Shown here in pieces: positions 21,707-34,544 of a stretch of 64,000 bases of DNA. The position numbers and the translations under genes are program-made. Within the stretch, counting starts at the first letter, position 1. Every line of letters starts with the position of its first letter. The notes beneath the pieces were generated by a model, which was given only the letters and a program-made list of their open reading frames with translations, did not search any database and had not been told where the DNA came from. The stretch lies in assembly GCA_037447605.1 (NCBI GenBank), contig CM074804.1, positions 5,061,909 to 5,125,908 of the forward strand, written 5' to 3'. Origin of the DNA: Zygnema circumcarinatum SAG 698-1b (taxonomy: Eukaryota; Plantae; Zygnematophyceae).

Positions 21707-23584
21707 TCAAACCCCGGGGGATCCGATGCGCAAGAAAACGGGCCATCTAATAGTTCGAGTTTCGGCATCTCCCCAACTACGCCGAAACTTTTCAACGGTG
21801 ACTTCATCCAAGAGCAAAACTCCGCGTTCTTTTGCCGTCTGTACAGCGGACCATGACTCCAAATAGCCCAAGAATCCGTCAACGGTACCTTCAAGTGTTG
21901 TTTCAAACATGAACGGGCCCGTACCAAGGTCCTCCCTCCCTGGAAGCATTGACACGATAGATTAATCACGAAGTTAGTGATGAACTCCAAAGAAGAGAAA
22001 CACGGCTCTAAATTTTACCCTTCAAGATGCACCACTCAGAGGCACCCGACCAGCAGGATGAAGATGCCTTTGTGCCGCCAAGTTGATCAGAACCACGAGT
22101 TAGCGATGGGCATAAGCCCCACCACGACGCATCTCACCAGGAAGCGGTACAAAGTCGAAGGGAATCGTTTTGTAGGCATCGTCGACGTACTGTCGCTGCG
22201 GCTCCCAAAACGGTTGTGAACCAGCGTAAAAATCTCGCATTACAGCATCGACTTCCGGCGATATACTGAAGAGAAAAAAAAAAAAATGGGGGGGGGGAAC
22301 TGAGCAAAGGGGACCACCAAACCCCAGTAAAAGTAGACGACAGGTCTTGTGACTTCTGTTTGAAGATTGCCACTGCAGATTCAATCAATTCATTTCAGAA
22401 CGCTTAATTGAGCAGACTGCAAAACTGACAAACGCAGTGAAACTCTAAAAGCGTTCTACTTTGCAGACTGACCGTCCATGCAAAGTCAGAAAAAGCGAGA
22501 GTGGAGGCAGCCAAACCTGCAGAGGCCATATCCCCATGCTGCAAATACTCCGCCAGGTTTCTTAAGCACTCGCTTCACATTGGCATAAAAGGTTTCAAAA
22601 TCGAACCAATGCAGCGCTTGCGCCACTGTAACAAGATCGACCGACCCTGAGAACACACAACAGAAACTCTCAGAACCATATGAGTTTGGGGAAATGAAAA
22701 GGATCAGCTATTTGCTTCGTTTCAACAAGAAGAAATCGAGTGGAATTAAACACATAGAATCGGTTCTGGTCAGCAGTTGCCGAAAACACTACATCACGCT
22801 CGTCCAAATTCGCGTTCGATGGACCGGCAATATGTTTGAGGAGCTGAAACGACAGAGCCATTTGAAGGACCTCACTGATTCAGGGATACCATTGCGCGAC
22901 CCAAACGACTCTCACACGTCTTTGTACGATAGAAAAAATAATAATTTATATAAAAAATTGATAATTTTGGGTGATAATTTTGATAATAAATTTTAATTAA
23001 AAAAATATAAAATGTGATAACTTTGGGTCAGGTTCCAAACGGACTAGGAAAGAGACAGAGGATGGAAAAGCTTGTACCTGGTGGGCCCACAATCCTATCG
23101 ACCTCCTCTGCTGTCATGATGGAAGCAGTCGCTTCAAAGTGCACGTTTGGGAGATTTTTGGCGTAAGATATTTGCGCTGCACTCATGTCGGTCGCCACCA
23201 CCTTCTCGAAGAATGTCGCCAGCTGTTTCATAAAATTGAAAGATCAGCACTTCTGAATCATCGCCCCTAAGGATGTAAATGGTTTAAAAAAAGAATACTC
23301 CACCATACTATAACCAACACCACTCCTTCCCATTCCCGTCATTCTCGAACCTATTGTTTGGAAATAAAATAATAAAAACCACATATATCATAAAATCCAG
23401 GAGCAGAATGACGCGACGTGCGCACCTGCGCAGCCGCCTGGCCGTTCCCAGTCGCCACATCCCACGCCAACGCCCGCTGCGGAGCGAGCTCCTTCAAAAG
23501 TGCGAAGAGCGCCGGCGGGTACGCCGGGCGGAAGCGCGCATACAGCGCCGCCTGCGCGGAGAACAGGTCCTTCCCTGCGGCCAT
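21707..23584 (-). CDS. Class I SAM-dependent methyltransferase (Methyltransf_11; embryo-abundant protein-like), 5 exons
   Basis: DLFSAQAALYARFRPAYPPALF, AWDVATGNGQAA, VVATDMSAAQI, SVDLVTVAQALHWFD, KPGGVFAAWGY, YKTIPFDF, GYLESWSAVQTAKERG, WPVFLRIG. Confidence 0.92.
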
Positions 23585-23879
23585 GGCGACGCCTCTCACT
23601 CTCTCTTCCTCCTTCCTCTCCCTATCCCTCTCCCTCTCCCTCCCCCCTCCCCCCCGGCGCCTCCCGCGGATTGTCGTGACCGACCGTGGGGCCGTACGGT
23701 TTGTTGGTTCCCCCCGCCCGTCGGCGGCCAATCACCGCCCGCCACGTGCACGAACGGTTTCGGAAGAACGCGGCTGCCAGCCGACGCTCGCAACCGCCAC
23801 CGGCGGTCACCGCGGTGAGACAACGTGGCACCAGCGACCCTCCGCAGCGACCACGTGGCGCCGCCTGACAGGGGATGAC

Positions 23880-24744
23880 CAGGGTTCTTCAAATAGGGGA
23901 GATCCCCTAAATATCGTAAATAGCTTATTTATGTAAGATTTTGAGATTAGTTTACGTGATTTCAACTTAAATACCACACAATCCCCAAAAAAGCATTTTT
24001 TTGGTTAAAAACAAAAAGGAAATGAATTGCATTTGCAACCACGATAGCAATGATGTATATGAACTTTACTTGTTGGTATAACAACACGGCTTTTAAAACT
24101 GGTGCAACCTCTTCGACTCTTATAGATTGGTAAATTTTACCAATCAATTAAAACAACTATGCATTTGGCAATCACAACATATAGTTGCCTATTCAAAAAC
24201 CCAATTGCACGGAACCTTTGTAGATCCAATCCTAAGCTCTCTATTTCCTTTTCCATCCATCATTAATTACTCCAAGTATCACTTTAGAATCCATCATAGT
24301 CTTGAAATTTCCTCACAAAAAACTCTATTCCAAATCATAACCTCTGAAATTCTAGGTGTAGTCACAAAAGAAAAACTGAAATAGGAACTAAAATTAGAAA
24401 TGAAATGAAAAATGGTCTCACTCCCTTAGCAGTTTTAGGCTGAACAAGACAGCTATAGAAGTGATGCAAACTACTCAAAGAGACCCTCGAAGAGCAGTCA
24501 AACTATCAAACTGTTTGCAGTGAAGAATGCCTTCCAATGAAAAGTCTGTCAACCTCTTTCGAAACTCGTCTTTCTCCCATCCAATTACTGAAAAATCAGA
24601 CTCGACGGTAGCAGTGTTGGGAAATGATGAACGTCCGTACGTGCACGGTTTCGTCCGTACAGTCCATATTTACGTGTTTTTACAAAACCAAGTTAGGGGA
24701 CAGTCCCCTATCTTAAGCCGAAATCCCTTATTTGAAGAACCCTG
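23880..24744. mobile_element. Non-autonomous hAT element (family C), 865 bp, AT-rich
   Basis: Perfect 16-bp TIR CAGGGTTCTTCAAATA and perfect 8-bp TSD GGGATGAC (23872-79 and 24745-52). Confidence 0.92.
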
Positions 24745-25058
24745 GGGATGACTGTTCCACATAAATAAAACGCAAACGGTGACGTGGCTGACACGTGGCA
24801 GCCCCGCTGTTGCGAGCAGCCGCGACGGCCCAAGGAACACGGCAGCGCGTCGCACACGGCTCGCAAACGGCGACAGCAAGCAGGCCAGACCAGGCCGGGG
24901 CGGGTGGGAGGGAGGGCGGGCCGCGCGGACTGACTGACTGGCGGACGGGCGCGCCTCCCTGCTGGCGCCTCCCCTCGCGCGAGGCGCCCGACCCGAGTCC
25001 GTACGGTGCGCGACGGACGGTCGCTGCGCGGTCGCGCGCGGGAGAGGGAGGGGGGAGG

Positions 25059-25068
25059 NNNNNNNNNN
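25059..25068. other. Assembly gap (10 N)
   Basis: Run of N inside a G-rich tract. Confidence 1.
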
Positions 25069-25979
25069 GGGGAGGTATCCGGTTTTGTGCGGCCCACTCT
25101 CACACGTGTTCATATCATTGGCACAGGAACAAAGCCACAAATGTCTTTCTGCCATGGCTCCCCTGGTCAAGTGTGGAATCACTTTAATAGGATACAATGC
25201 CAATGACGCAATATGGTTAAGGACTACGGTTCCAGGTGGAGTGGCATAGGAGTGCAAGTGATACCCCTCGACATCCCCCGAACGCGCCCTTCCGTCAATT
25301 TCGAGGAGAGAAGCCTCCTCTTGTTACAACCATATTCCTTGAAAGTTTAAGGGATGCCCAAGCAGCCACTTGACTTAATAAGTAGGTACACAGTTGTTAA
25401 CACGCTCGACAATCCATCGTAAAGCAGGGTCTCCCGCTGCTTTCTACTTTGCAGATACGTACAAGCTAGATGCTCTACAGCCGTATTTTTACAAAAAGCG
25501 GCCCCTTACAAAATACGTGCGAGGCTTCTGTCCCTCTAAAAATCCCCTGCGAAATGTACATGCTTCAGTTGTTCCCTGCCAACGAATCATTTTTAAATTC
25601 ATTAGTAGTGAGAATTTTTACCCAAAACATCCGCACGCACAGCCTTGCGGCCATACATCTGCACAAAGCTTAGGACGGGCGCTCTTCAAACAGGCAAATG
25701 AACAGGCAAACAGTTCAAAAGGACTTTGGTAAAAATGCAGCATTCCCATCATAAACCTAACGGGCTCGCCTGTCAACCATTACACACCCCCACAACTGAC
25801 TGCCAATTCGAAGCTACGGGAAAAAAAACATCGCAAGTAACGCAGAAACTCACTAAGTTAAACTCACTCAAAAAGGAATACTCAGCAGGCAATCCAGATC
25901 ACGTCAATGCTGGCCAGAGCGTGGTAGCCTAATTGTCGATATCAAACCCTCCCTACAGGTATCGCAAGTGTGCCTCCCT

Positions 25980-28469
25980 TCAATTGCCCCCACTGAACTC
26001 ACTCTGCATGTAGCCCAAGATCTCAAGGAGTCGAAGGAAGAGGTTGAGCACGTCTAGGTAAAGCTCCACACTGGCCCACACATACTCGTCATATGAATGG
26101 CCTGCAATGAAGCCACCAGAAGCAAGTACTCCATTAGACAATACTGACCCCATGCACTTCACTCTGCTTCACCACTGTAAGATGACAGTGCATCGTCCTG
26201 CATTCAGGATTTGAGATCTTACGTTTGATCAGATTGTCGGTGTCGTACACAATATACATGCTGAAGATCAAAGCACCAACAAGCGCAAAAACGAATCTGC
26301 AGGAGAACAAAACAGCAATAAACTTCAGTGACAGAATACTAGTGAAAACACTACTTCGCTAGTGAATAACCAGAAAGGTAATTGTCATGATGGCCATATT
26401 CTCATGTCTTAGCCTGGTTTTCATTTCTTTGTGTGATGTTCGCTCATTCTAGCCATGTGATGACTCGCAGTACTTTTCCGATTCTAGCAGCAAAATGAAC
26501 TAACATACAAAGATGAATGGCATGCATCATTGGATTGGGGTGCACAAGTACTCACTGGCCGACGGGACCCGGATTAAAGAACAACTGAATGAAGCTCCAA
26601 GTGATTAGCACCATCAAGCCTGCAAACAGCATGGGACCCAGAAAGCTGCACCACAGGCAACAACCTCCAGGTAAATATGGCTATAGGGAAAGGTCACATC
26701 AGTTCTGCAGCTTTAAAAAGCTTATTCCAGATGCACAGAAGAGACTATGACATATTAATGGTCACAAGAAGGATGCACAACATCAGAACACCTTCAAAAG
26801 ATCAAAACAACCTACTGCACAACCTAACAAATACTAAGACTAGAACACTACCAAATTATGCAAGAGAATTGCAAAATCAATACAAACATAAATTCACTGC
26901 GGCAGCAGGCAGATCTGCAAGGCGCCTCCTACAGCAAGTTCATGATAAAAACACACAGGAAAATCCGAATCAGAAGCAGAGATCAGACATACTTGAAATC
27001 TTCTCCTTTACGTGATGCATAAAAGGTATAAGCTGTCAGCGCAACCACTACTGTAGCAGTCAGGGCAAGCGCTTCCAAAACAATTGCGCCTGCATTCACA
27101 AACACCCAAAAGGTGACAGCATTATCATACAGATGAAGAAACCCGACATAGCGCTGTTGCTTAAGCAGCTGAAGCATGGGCATGCGGTGAAGCCATTATG
27201 GTTCCACTCATGATGCATTCGACCACTTCATCAAATTACTGCAAATCAAAAGCACATTATGCACTTGCAGCCAGGAAAAACCAAATCCGAACTCTCGCTG
27301 GAGACGAAGGATAAAACTAGAGTCAAAGGAATGCTTCTCTGGTAATGCCAACGAAAATTGAAAGGTACCTGAGAACATGCTGCAGGCAACGCCGACTACG
27401 AGACTCATTGAAGCAGTCTGTAACACACAAGATTCATGGTAAGGATCCAAATGGGCTTATAAATAGTCGAGAGTTCATCTAACAACCAAACAAGATCCAG
27501 AAGATATGACACTGCAATACCCTAATACCAAATAAACCACGCTTCCAGCAGATAAAGGATTTCTTGCTGACAGATATCCACTGACCAGAAGCCCAAAACG
27601 AGCTAAAGCTCCCTTTGCTTACCCAGAGTGCCAGAAGTCCAAGATTCAATGGATGGCTGTAGCGATAGCAATAAAGAGGAACCATTGCTGCACTACCAAA
27701 ACAGTAGTCAATACAGGGTCAATATGATTGGACATACAAATAGCTGTCTCTTGGCTCGCTGTGCGATAATAATAACGAGCTGAAAGAAGCCCTCGAAAAT
27801 AACATGCATTCACTGGAAAAGTGCTTGCTGAACAGTTGGTTTCGATACATCTCATAATCACACCTTCATCCCTCAAAAGTTTCAGTTTCATTTTTTTTTT
27901 GTTTTTTGATTCACAGCTGTTCCTGCCCAGTGTTCAGAAATACAATACCAAAATAAGAAAAAACAAGCCGGAAAAGATAACAATGGACATGGGGCATGTT
28001 AAACATGCCTGGAGTCGCAGCACATAACATATACAGCGACAAGCAAATTACACCAGCTTTGACAAGCAACAGCATGATAGCAGCGTCAAAGTAACTCTGT
28101 TTGCATCCTAGTCACAGCCTTGATTACAACATCAATATAATGGGAGACGAATGACGCAAGAGCAGTATTATTGGAAAACAGATAGGAGGACATACTTGCG
28201 AATGGCAAAATCATGGCAACGATGATGAACCACTCGTTCCCTGAAACTTGCGCAAAACCCCGCACGGAGGGGACGAGCACGAAGCAAGCAGCCACCATCG
28301 CTGTGAGCGCCAGCTGAGCACTGATAATGCCATACACCTTGCGAATGAATCCCCATCGGAGATGATTCTCTCCTTCACCAATGCCGGGATACAGCATGCC
28401 ATCCTCAACGCCAGCTTCCAAGTCCAAAATCTTCCGATTCCCACCCTTCACGCCACTGTAGTAAGCCAT
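25980..28469 (-). CDS. Bax inhibitor-1 family / LIFEGUARD-like protein, 7 exons
   Basis: DLEAG..LYPGI..ENHLRWGFIRKVYGIISAQL, YSHPLNLGLL, AIVLEALALT, FLGPMLFAGL, YIVYDTDNLIKR|HSYDEYVWASVELYLDVLNLFL. Confidence 0.95.
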
Positions 28470-28749
28470 GGCGACCTGAGACTTGTCTCTCAAACAGAGC
28501 GCCGGATGTCGACTTTCAGTAGCCGCTGCAAAACGCTCCTGTGCACAGATTAGCCCTAAACTTTGCTCATTTGCGACCTCGAGACCTGCCTGCCTGTCTG
28601 TCTGTCTGTCGGTCCGACTGTCTGCGCTCGCTCACGACCGCGGGAAACGAACGAACCGTGTGTACGGCATTGTACGGGCAGCTGGAACGGGCGAGCTCGT
28701 CCGTACAATACCGTATCATACGGTTGTTCTGTGCGGACTAGGGATGGAA

Positions 28750-29372
28750 CAGGCCGCCTCAAATAAGAGATATCCTCTAAATAGAAAGTTGGAGGAGTTG
28801 CCTTAATTAGGATTGGGATTAGGATTGTAGGATGTTGATTGTAGGATTAGGATTGTACAATCCTAATCCTAATCCTAATCCTAATCCAGGGGTCTACAAT
28901 CCTAACCTGAAAACAAAGAATAACGGTTGCCCCACACCGGTGACCTTTGCGGCTACTTGTAGGGCTGCGTTTTTGCGCTTAGGCTTAGTTTAGTCTAGGT
29001 TTCTATTAGTTTTTTACTCCTAATTTTTTTATTTCGTGCTTAGGTCCTTTGCAACCAGTTACTTGTGGTTCCCCATGTTGACTTCGCCCATGTTCATTTG
29101 ATGGTCTCACCATCTTGAGATCAATGCAAATCTCCTTTTCTTTTGTTGCACAATGTTGGAAGTCAGTAGTGACAAGGAAAAAACAGGGGGTGGGATATCC
29201 AAAACAGGAGCTGAAATATCCAAAACAGGGGGTGGGATAACCAAAATGGGCAGGCAATTTTTTCAAAAAAGGGGGGGGGTAATAACCAAGATAGGGGGTG
29301 CAGTATCATTCTCCAACCATTTAAGGGGAAAGCCCTTATCTTAAGCCAAATTCCCTTATTTTAGGATGGCTG
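28750..29372. mobile_element. Degenerate hAT-like element related to family C, carrying nested repeats
   Basis: Imperfect TIR CAGGCCGCCTCAAATAAG / CTTATTTTAGGATGGCTG; right subterminal CCCTTATCTTAAGCCAAATTCCCTTATTT closely matches 24705-24733; no TSD recovered. Confidence 0.55.
28930..29128 (+). repeat. 5'-truncated 3'-end copy of the RLE-type LINE
   Basis: CCCACACCGGTGACCTTTGCGGCTAC matches the PHIGDL-coding segment at ~2657-2685 (minus strand); then TAGGTCCTTTGCAACCAGTTACTTGTGGTTC...CATTTGATGGTCTCACCATCTTGAGATCAATGC. Confidence 0.7.
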
Positions 29373-30002
29373 CTTATGACCAACTCGAGTTGCATGCCGG
29401 CATGCGCTGCCACGCGGACCATGTGGTGCGGGAAATATCGAGAGGCCGATATCTGACCGATGCGCGCTGAAGTATCGAGATGCGAGGAGCCGCCGACAGA
29501 TACAGGGACTCAGTGACACGTGGCACACCGCGGTCCGCCTGCAGAGGTGGACCGTACGGTCCTCCGCACATCAAATCTTCATTACTCGTACGGTACCGTA
29601 TAAGAAATCTTCAGTACTACGCTACAACGTACAGTACTGAAGAAAAAAGCTTCCGTAGGATTTTTGGAGGTCCAGGGGCGGCCATTCCCTCCCCTGATTT
29701 AGGGTTTGCTTGAAAGCCACACCGCCCTGGAAGTGGAAACTGGTTAAGGCCCGAGGTCGAAGGAGCTCACGGTACTAAAATGTAGTAAAATGCGGTGGAG
29801 AAGTGAAGATCCCTCCCGCCTGCCTCTGCTACCCTAGTCCTCAGTATTCACTGAAGAGGAGCCGGGCTCTAACCCAACGAAAATACGGTAGAGAATTGAA
29901 GGATTAGTTTTGTTTTTCCTCCCTTCTTCTGCCTCTTCTCTGGTATTTTCCTAAAGTTCTACGCCGAAAATTTCGTAAGGTCCTGATTTTAGTGGAGGAG
30001 CC

Positions 30003-32378
30003 ATGGCGGCATATCTGGAGGAGTACATAGATAGTGAGTGTTTAGACTTCTGCCCTTTCCCTTAACCCTAATTTGTTCAGAACATGTTCATTCAATAAAG
30101 AAAGGAATTGTCAGCTGGGTGTTCTCCTTTAAGGGACCTGCCCTCAAACCCCTGCACTTTTGCCACCTAAGCCGTCCTTTTCACAGTGACGAGACGAAGC
30201 TTGAAGCCGCCCCCATTTTCTTGGCTACTCGTTCTCCCGGCGCTCCCTGTGGCCCCCAGAGCATGGCTCCCAGAGCATGGCTCGTTTCTTGTGGTTGCGC
30301 AGTGTAGCACAGCTCGTTGATTCTTCCATTTTTAGCAGCATCTTACCCGCTGTGACGGAATGTGGAGCAGTGCAGGTGTATCATCGCTGCCTGCAGAATT
30401 GCAGCAGAACTTTCGGAAACTTCGTGAGCTGGATATGCAATCTCATGGTGAGGCAGCTTTGTCAGAACAGCAATGGAACTCTGTAAAGTACTCTACAAGT
30501 CGACACCAAAATCGTATATCGCAACCATCATACCCAAAAGGAGCAAGTTGTTTATGGTCGATTGGCTTTCTGTTGTGGGACCATCCTGTTTGGGACAGAG
30601 CTACGACTGCGCGTTGAGGCTCAGTCTGCAGAGCGTCTGGAGGCCCTTACAGCTGCAGAACAAGCAGGCCAGGCCACAGTGTCAGAAGTACAGGCAGGGC
30701 AAATTGAGGCTGACGAGAAAGTTTGGCTCGGCCTTGCGGATGAGAAAGTGGCATTGGCAGTGCGCACGTATGAACTGGTGAGCTCGTTCGTTCTATGTAT
30801 GCCAAAAAGACAGGGCCTCCCTCGAGATTTCGGAGTTTTAACAGGGCTACGTGCACCCTAGCAAGGAGAAGGTTGGCCTGTGGGTTGAAGTGAGGCAAAA
30901 TAGCGCCCGTCTTTCCCTGTTTTTTCCCTTTGGCAGCGGATGGTTTTGTCGGCCCTGAGTACCTTTATGTCTTAAAGAACCATGGACTCGATAGCACAGG
31001 ATGCTTTAAACCAAGCAGTTAGGCTTCCAGGCTTATGCGACTGGGCCTGCATACTTTCGCTAACCTTAGTCATGTCTATGGGATGCTGGTAGGTGGACAG
31101 CCATATTCGACGTCTCGACAAAGATTTGCGCAAGTTTGAGGAGGAGCTGAAGCAAGGAAAGTGGTGTTAGTGGCCAGGCGCTATTTGCTGACAGGGCGTC
31201 GTAAGGCACCCTGAGACGCAGTTGCTAACGAAAAGTTGTTTTCTCTTCTGGAGCACAAACCTGCTCCTCGCGTACAGCAAAGCTCACTTTAAGCACTATG
31301 TCGTCCTTCGCCTAAATATTGGCTCCAAGGAGCGCACGTTAGATGCTGAGATATGCCCGTGGGAGTTCTGTGGATTGCAGAGAGGGAGCTTCTGGGTGGC
31401 GCTGTAGCAGAACAAAAAATGGAAAGTGCAGCCGGGAGGACTGGGCGGGATGAGAATGTCAAAGCACTAAGGAAAAGGTATTGGGTCTCTTCCTGGTTCT
31501 TTGGCGAAAGGTGATAGGTACTTTGCGCCTATCTGGATTCGACCTTATCCATGAATTCACTAAATATCTTCATGGAACTATCGACTCGAGTGATTGTCGC
31601 AGATCAATCAGAAAGCCTGCAGAAGTATCCGCTTCTCCAATGAATGCCGGAAAAGTATCAGGCTTTGTTGAAGCGCGTGACTCGTCCATTCGGTCGCTTA
31701 CTTTCGGCTCTGACCGTGCTGCATTTAGGTTACCACAGGGAGAGTTTGCATCCTCGTGCTGCAAGCAGCTGGAAGTGCATGACTTGTTGCTGACTCGGGG
31801 TTAACGAATATAACCGAATAACTCAACACGAATCGGTGGCATCGTGCAGGGGTGTGGCAACACAAAATGGAGCTGCAGCAGTGCATGGAGTGGACTTGGA
31901 CCTCCCAATCGATCCGAACGAGCCGACTTACTGCTATTGCAATCAAGTATCCTATGGAGAGATGATTGCATGCGATAACCCCGAGGTGCGTCCTCTTTCA
32001 TTAGTATTCTTCCGGCTGCCAGAAAGTGTACCGATGCCTCCACGGAGGCTCCACTTTGTCTACCGCTCGTCCTTTTGATGCATTAATGTCATGTGTGCTT
32101 TTTTGACTGCTTTCGTGTTCATATAGGGACCTGGGCAGATGTATGCTAGGCTTCCACTCTGCAGCTTGAAGACGGTCAACATGCTTGTTAGAGGGTGAGG
32201 GGAAGAGCCGGGCGCAATGCCAAGCCTTAGAGCGCTCTGTGAGCGGGTCTTGTTCGCCGTGCAGTGCAAAATTGAGTGGTTCCATTTCGACTGCGTGCGC
32301 ATCGGAGATCGGCCGAAGGGAAGGTGGTTCTGCCCCGATTGCAGGGCACAAGCTCCGCCACGGCGGAGAATAAAGTGA
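30003..32378 (+). CDS. ING1: PHD finger protein ING1 (inhibitor of growth), multi-exon
   Basis: [10 protein letters not shown]|[35 protein letters not shown]|[43 protein letters not shown]|[11 protein letters not shown]...KGRWFCPDC. Confidence 0.93.
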
Positions 32379-32798
32379 AAATGTGTGGGTCAACAGTCGA
32401 GCTCAGGCTGGGGAGATTTTTGTTTAGGTTTTACATCAGGAAGTAGTGTACAGGACGCGGATATTGGATTAGAAGTCTGTTGGAAAGTGCTGAGGAAGTT
32501 CTTAGCTATGGAGCCACAGGATCCCATAGTGCGACGTTTTTTTCATAGTGTGACAGTTATCTTATAGTGCGACAAGTGCGCATGTGGTGTCGCACGTGCG
32601 ACGGGCGAATAAATATCGTTCACATGGAACGAATTTCGTTCGCTCTCTGCACGTGCGACGCTCAGCGATCTTGCGACGCTGACCGTTTCTCAATTTCACA
32701 TGGAACCGTGTGCAAGCGGCAACACAGTTTTGTGAGGCCCTCCTAACTAGGGGACGTCAGGCTCAAAAAATCGCCAGTGCGGTAACACTTGAGAGAAA

Positions 32799-32892
32799 GG
32801 GTCCTTTGCGACCAGTCCCTCGTGGTTCTTTCCCCGTGCTGTCTTTGTCCATGTACATTTGATGGCCTCGCCATCGTGAGATCATTGACATT
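32799..32892 (+). repeat. 5'-truncated 3'-end copy of the RLE-type LINE
   Basis: GGTCCTTTGCGACCAGTCCCTCGTGGTTC...TGTCCATGTACATTTGATGGCCTCGCCATCGTGAGATCA. Confidence 0.72.
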
Positions 32893-33170
32893 TTCCCCTT
32901 CAGAGAAATGTTTCGTCAATCTGATACCAAAACGAGCACTCTGGAGAGAATGGGATCATCTTGCAATAGTGTACCGTACTCCCTGCAGACAGACGTCAGT
33001 ACGACTCAAGAGGAACCTTTTGCTCGATTTGTTAAGTCTCTCCATCTTTCGCAAATGCGGGGGGGGCTTCTGAGAAGCTGCCCTCCTGTACGGTCAACCA
33101 GTCAAAGGCGAGACAGCAGTGGAGTCCACGGCGGAACGGGACATTCCGGCGAACTGTTACAGTCCAGCCG

Positions 33171-33630
33171 CAGGTCGGACCGTTGGAATGGTTGCGAACC
33201 ATCGATTCACGACCCGGCCAACCATTGCCAATGGTTGCAACCATTCGATTCAGTGGTTGTAAACCATTGGCAATGGTTCGAACCATTGCTTAAGGTGTTT
33301 GGTAACTTTCTTCGGAATTTTAAGGAGAAGGCCAATGTGAATTAGCTCCAGCATGGTTAAGCACGTTGCTTCCACACACTGCAAGACGTGAGTTCATATC
33401 CGCTAGGCGGCAAATTAAACTTGACGTCTTTTTATATAATGATTCCAACCATTGAATTCATCATTGGTTTCGTCGAATGGTTACCGACCATTCCAATGGT
33501 TGCGAACTCGCGAACGACGTCCAACCATTGCGATCCAATGATTGTTTACCATTCCAATGGTTGCCAAACATTGGACGTCCAACCATTGCCTTCGGTTGTC
33601 CAACGGTTGTCAATCCGATGGTCCGACCTG
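33171..33630. mobile_element. hAT-like MITE (family A), second full copy
   Basis: TIR CAGGTCGGACC / GGTCCGACCTG; 8-bp TSD TCCAGCCG / TCCAGCCC (7/8); CCATTG/CAATGG arrays; tRNA-like core at 33343-33410. Confidence 0.85.
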
Positions 33631-34544
33631 TCCAGCCCAACAGCTCCTTCCCCATACGTCAAGCGACACCGCCCGGTTGAAGGCAACCGCCCAGTTGTAC
33701 GGCTACTGTACGATCTGTCGGTCACCGTCATCCGAGTGAGCTGGCGCTACCGGATTGGTTGCCTCGAGCGGGGCACCGACTGACCTCGCCACAAATATCC
33801 AAAATATCTGCCTTTCCGCCCACCGGCCCGCCCGACGGCTGTCGGTGGGCCCCGTCCGTACGGCCCCGGGGCGGCCTTTCCGGCGGCTCCGCGAATGACC
33901 GGCGAGAAACAGATTCATTCTGCTGCTCGCGCCGGATCCGGGTTGACCGCGGCCAGCCCACGTGGTGGTCTCGCCCGGGCCTCACGTGCCGGAGCGTCCC
34001 CCCATTGGCCACGGCCCTGCCCGTCCGCCAGCGGCTGGTTCCGCCGGCCCCCCTGGTCTCGTTCCCAGGCGCGTCCACCTATGTACGAAATCCGTACAGG
34101 AGGCAGCCCCCCCTCGCCCCGCGGCGCGGCGCGTCGTACGGCACGTACCCGCCCCAAGTTCGCGGGGGAGGGCGGGCGGGCGGGCGCACTTGGAGGGGCG
34201 CTGACAGCTGCTGCCGATTAAGGGCGCAAGCGGCAACGGACAGATCGGCGAGGAAGGCCGAGATCAAGAGCAGGTGCGAGAGCGGCTGGAGGAAGCATAA
34301 GAGCAGGAGGAGCAGGAGCTGAAGGAGGAGGAGCAGGAGCTGAAGGAGGAGGAGCAGGAGCAGAAGCAGGAGGAGGAGGAGGAGAAGCTTAGGCTCAAAG
34401 AGAGGACAGACGTGGAACATTATTGAAGGGGCGTGGCTTAATCGCTGGAAGTGCGTGAGGTGCTTGTTGGAGGAGAAGAAGTCGAGGGGGGGCTTGGCAA
34501 AAGGTTTGAAGTAAGGGAAGCGGAGAGATAGTGGGAGACACGCC

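Noticed and set aside
22694-22996. 100-aa ORF antisense within a methyltransferase intron
   Set aside because: No recognisable motif; runs into AT-rich low-complexity sequence.
33343-33410. Functional tRNA gene
   Set aside because: Acceptor and anticodon stems do not pair well and the B box is mutated; reported as a tRNA-like core of a MITE instead.
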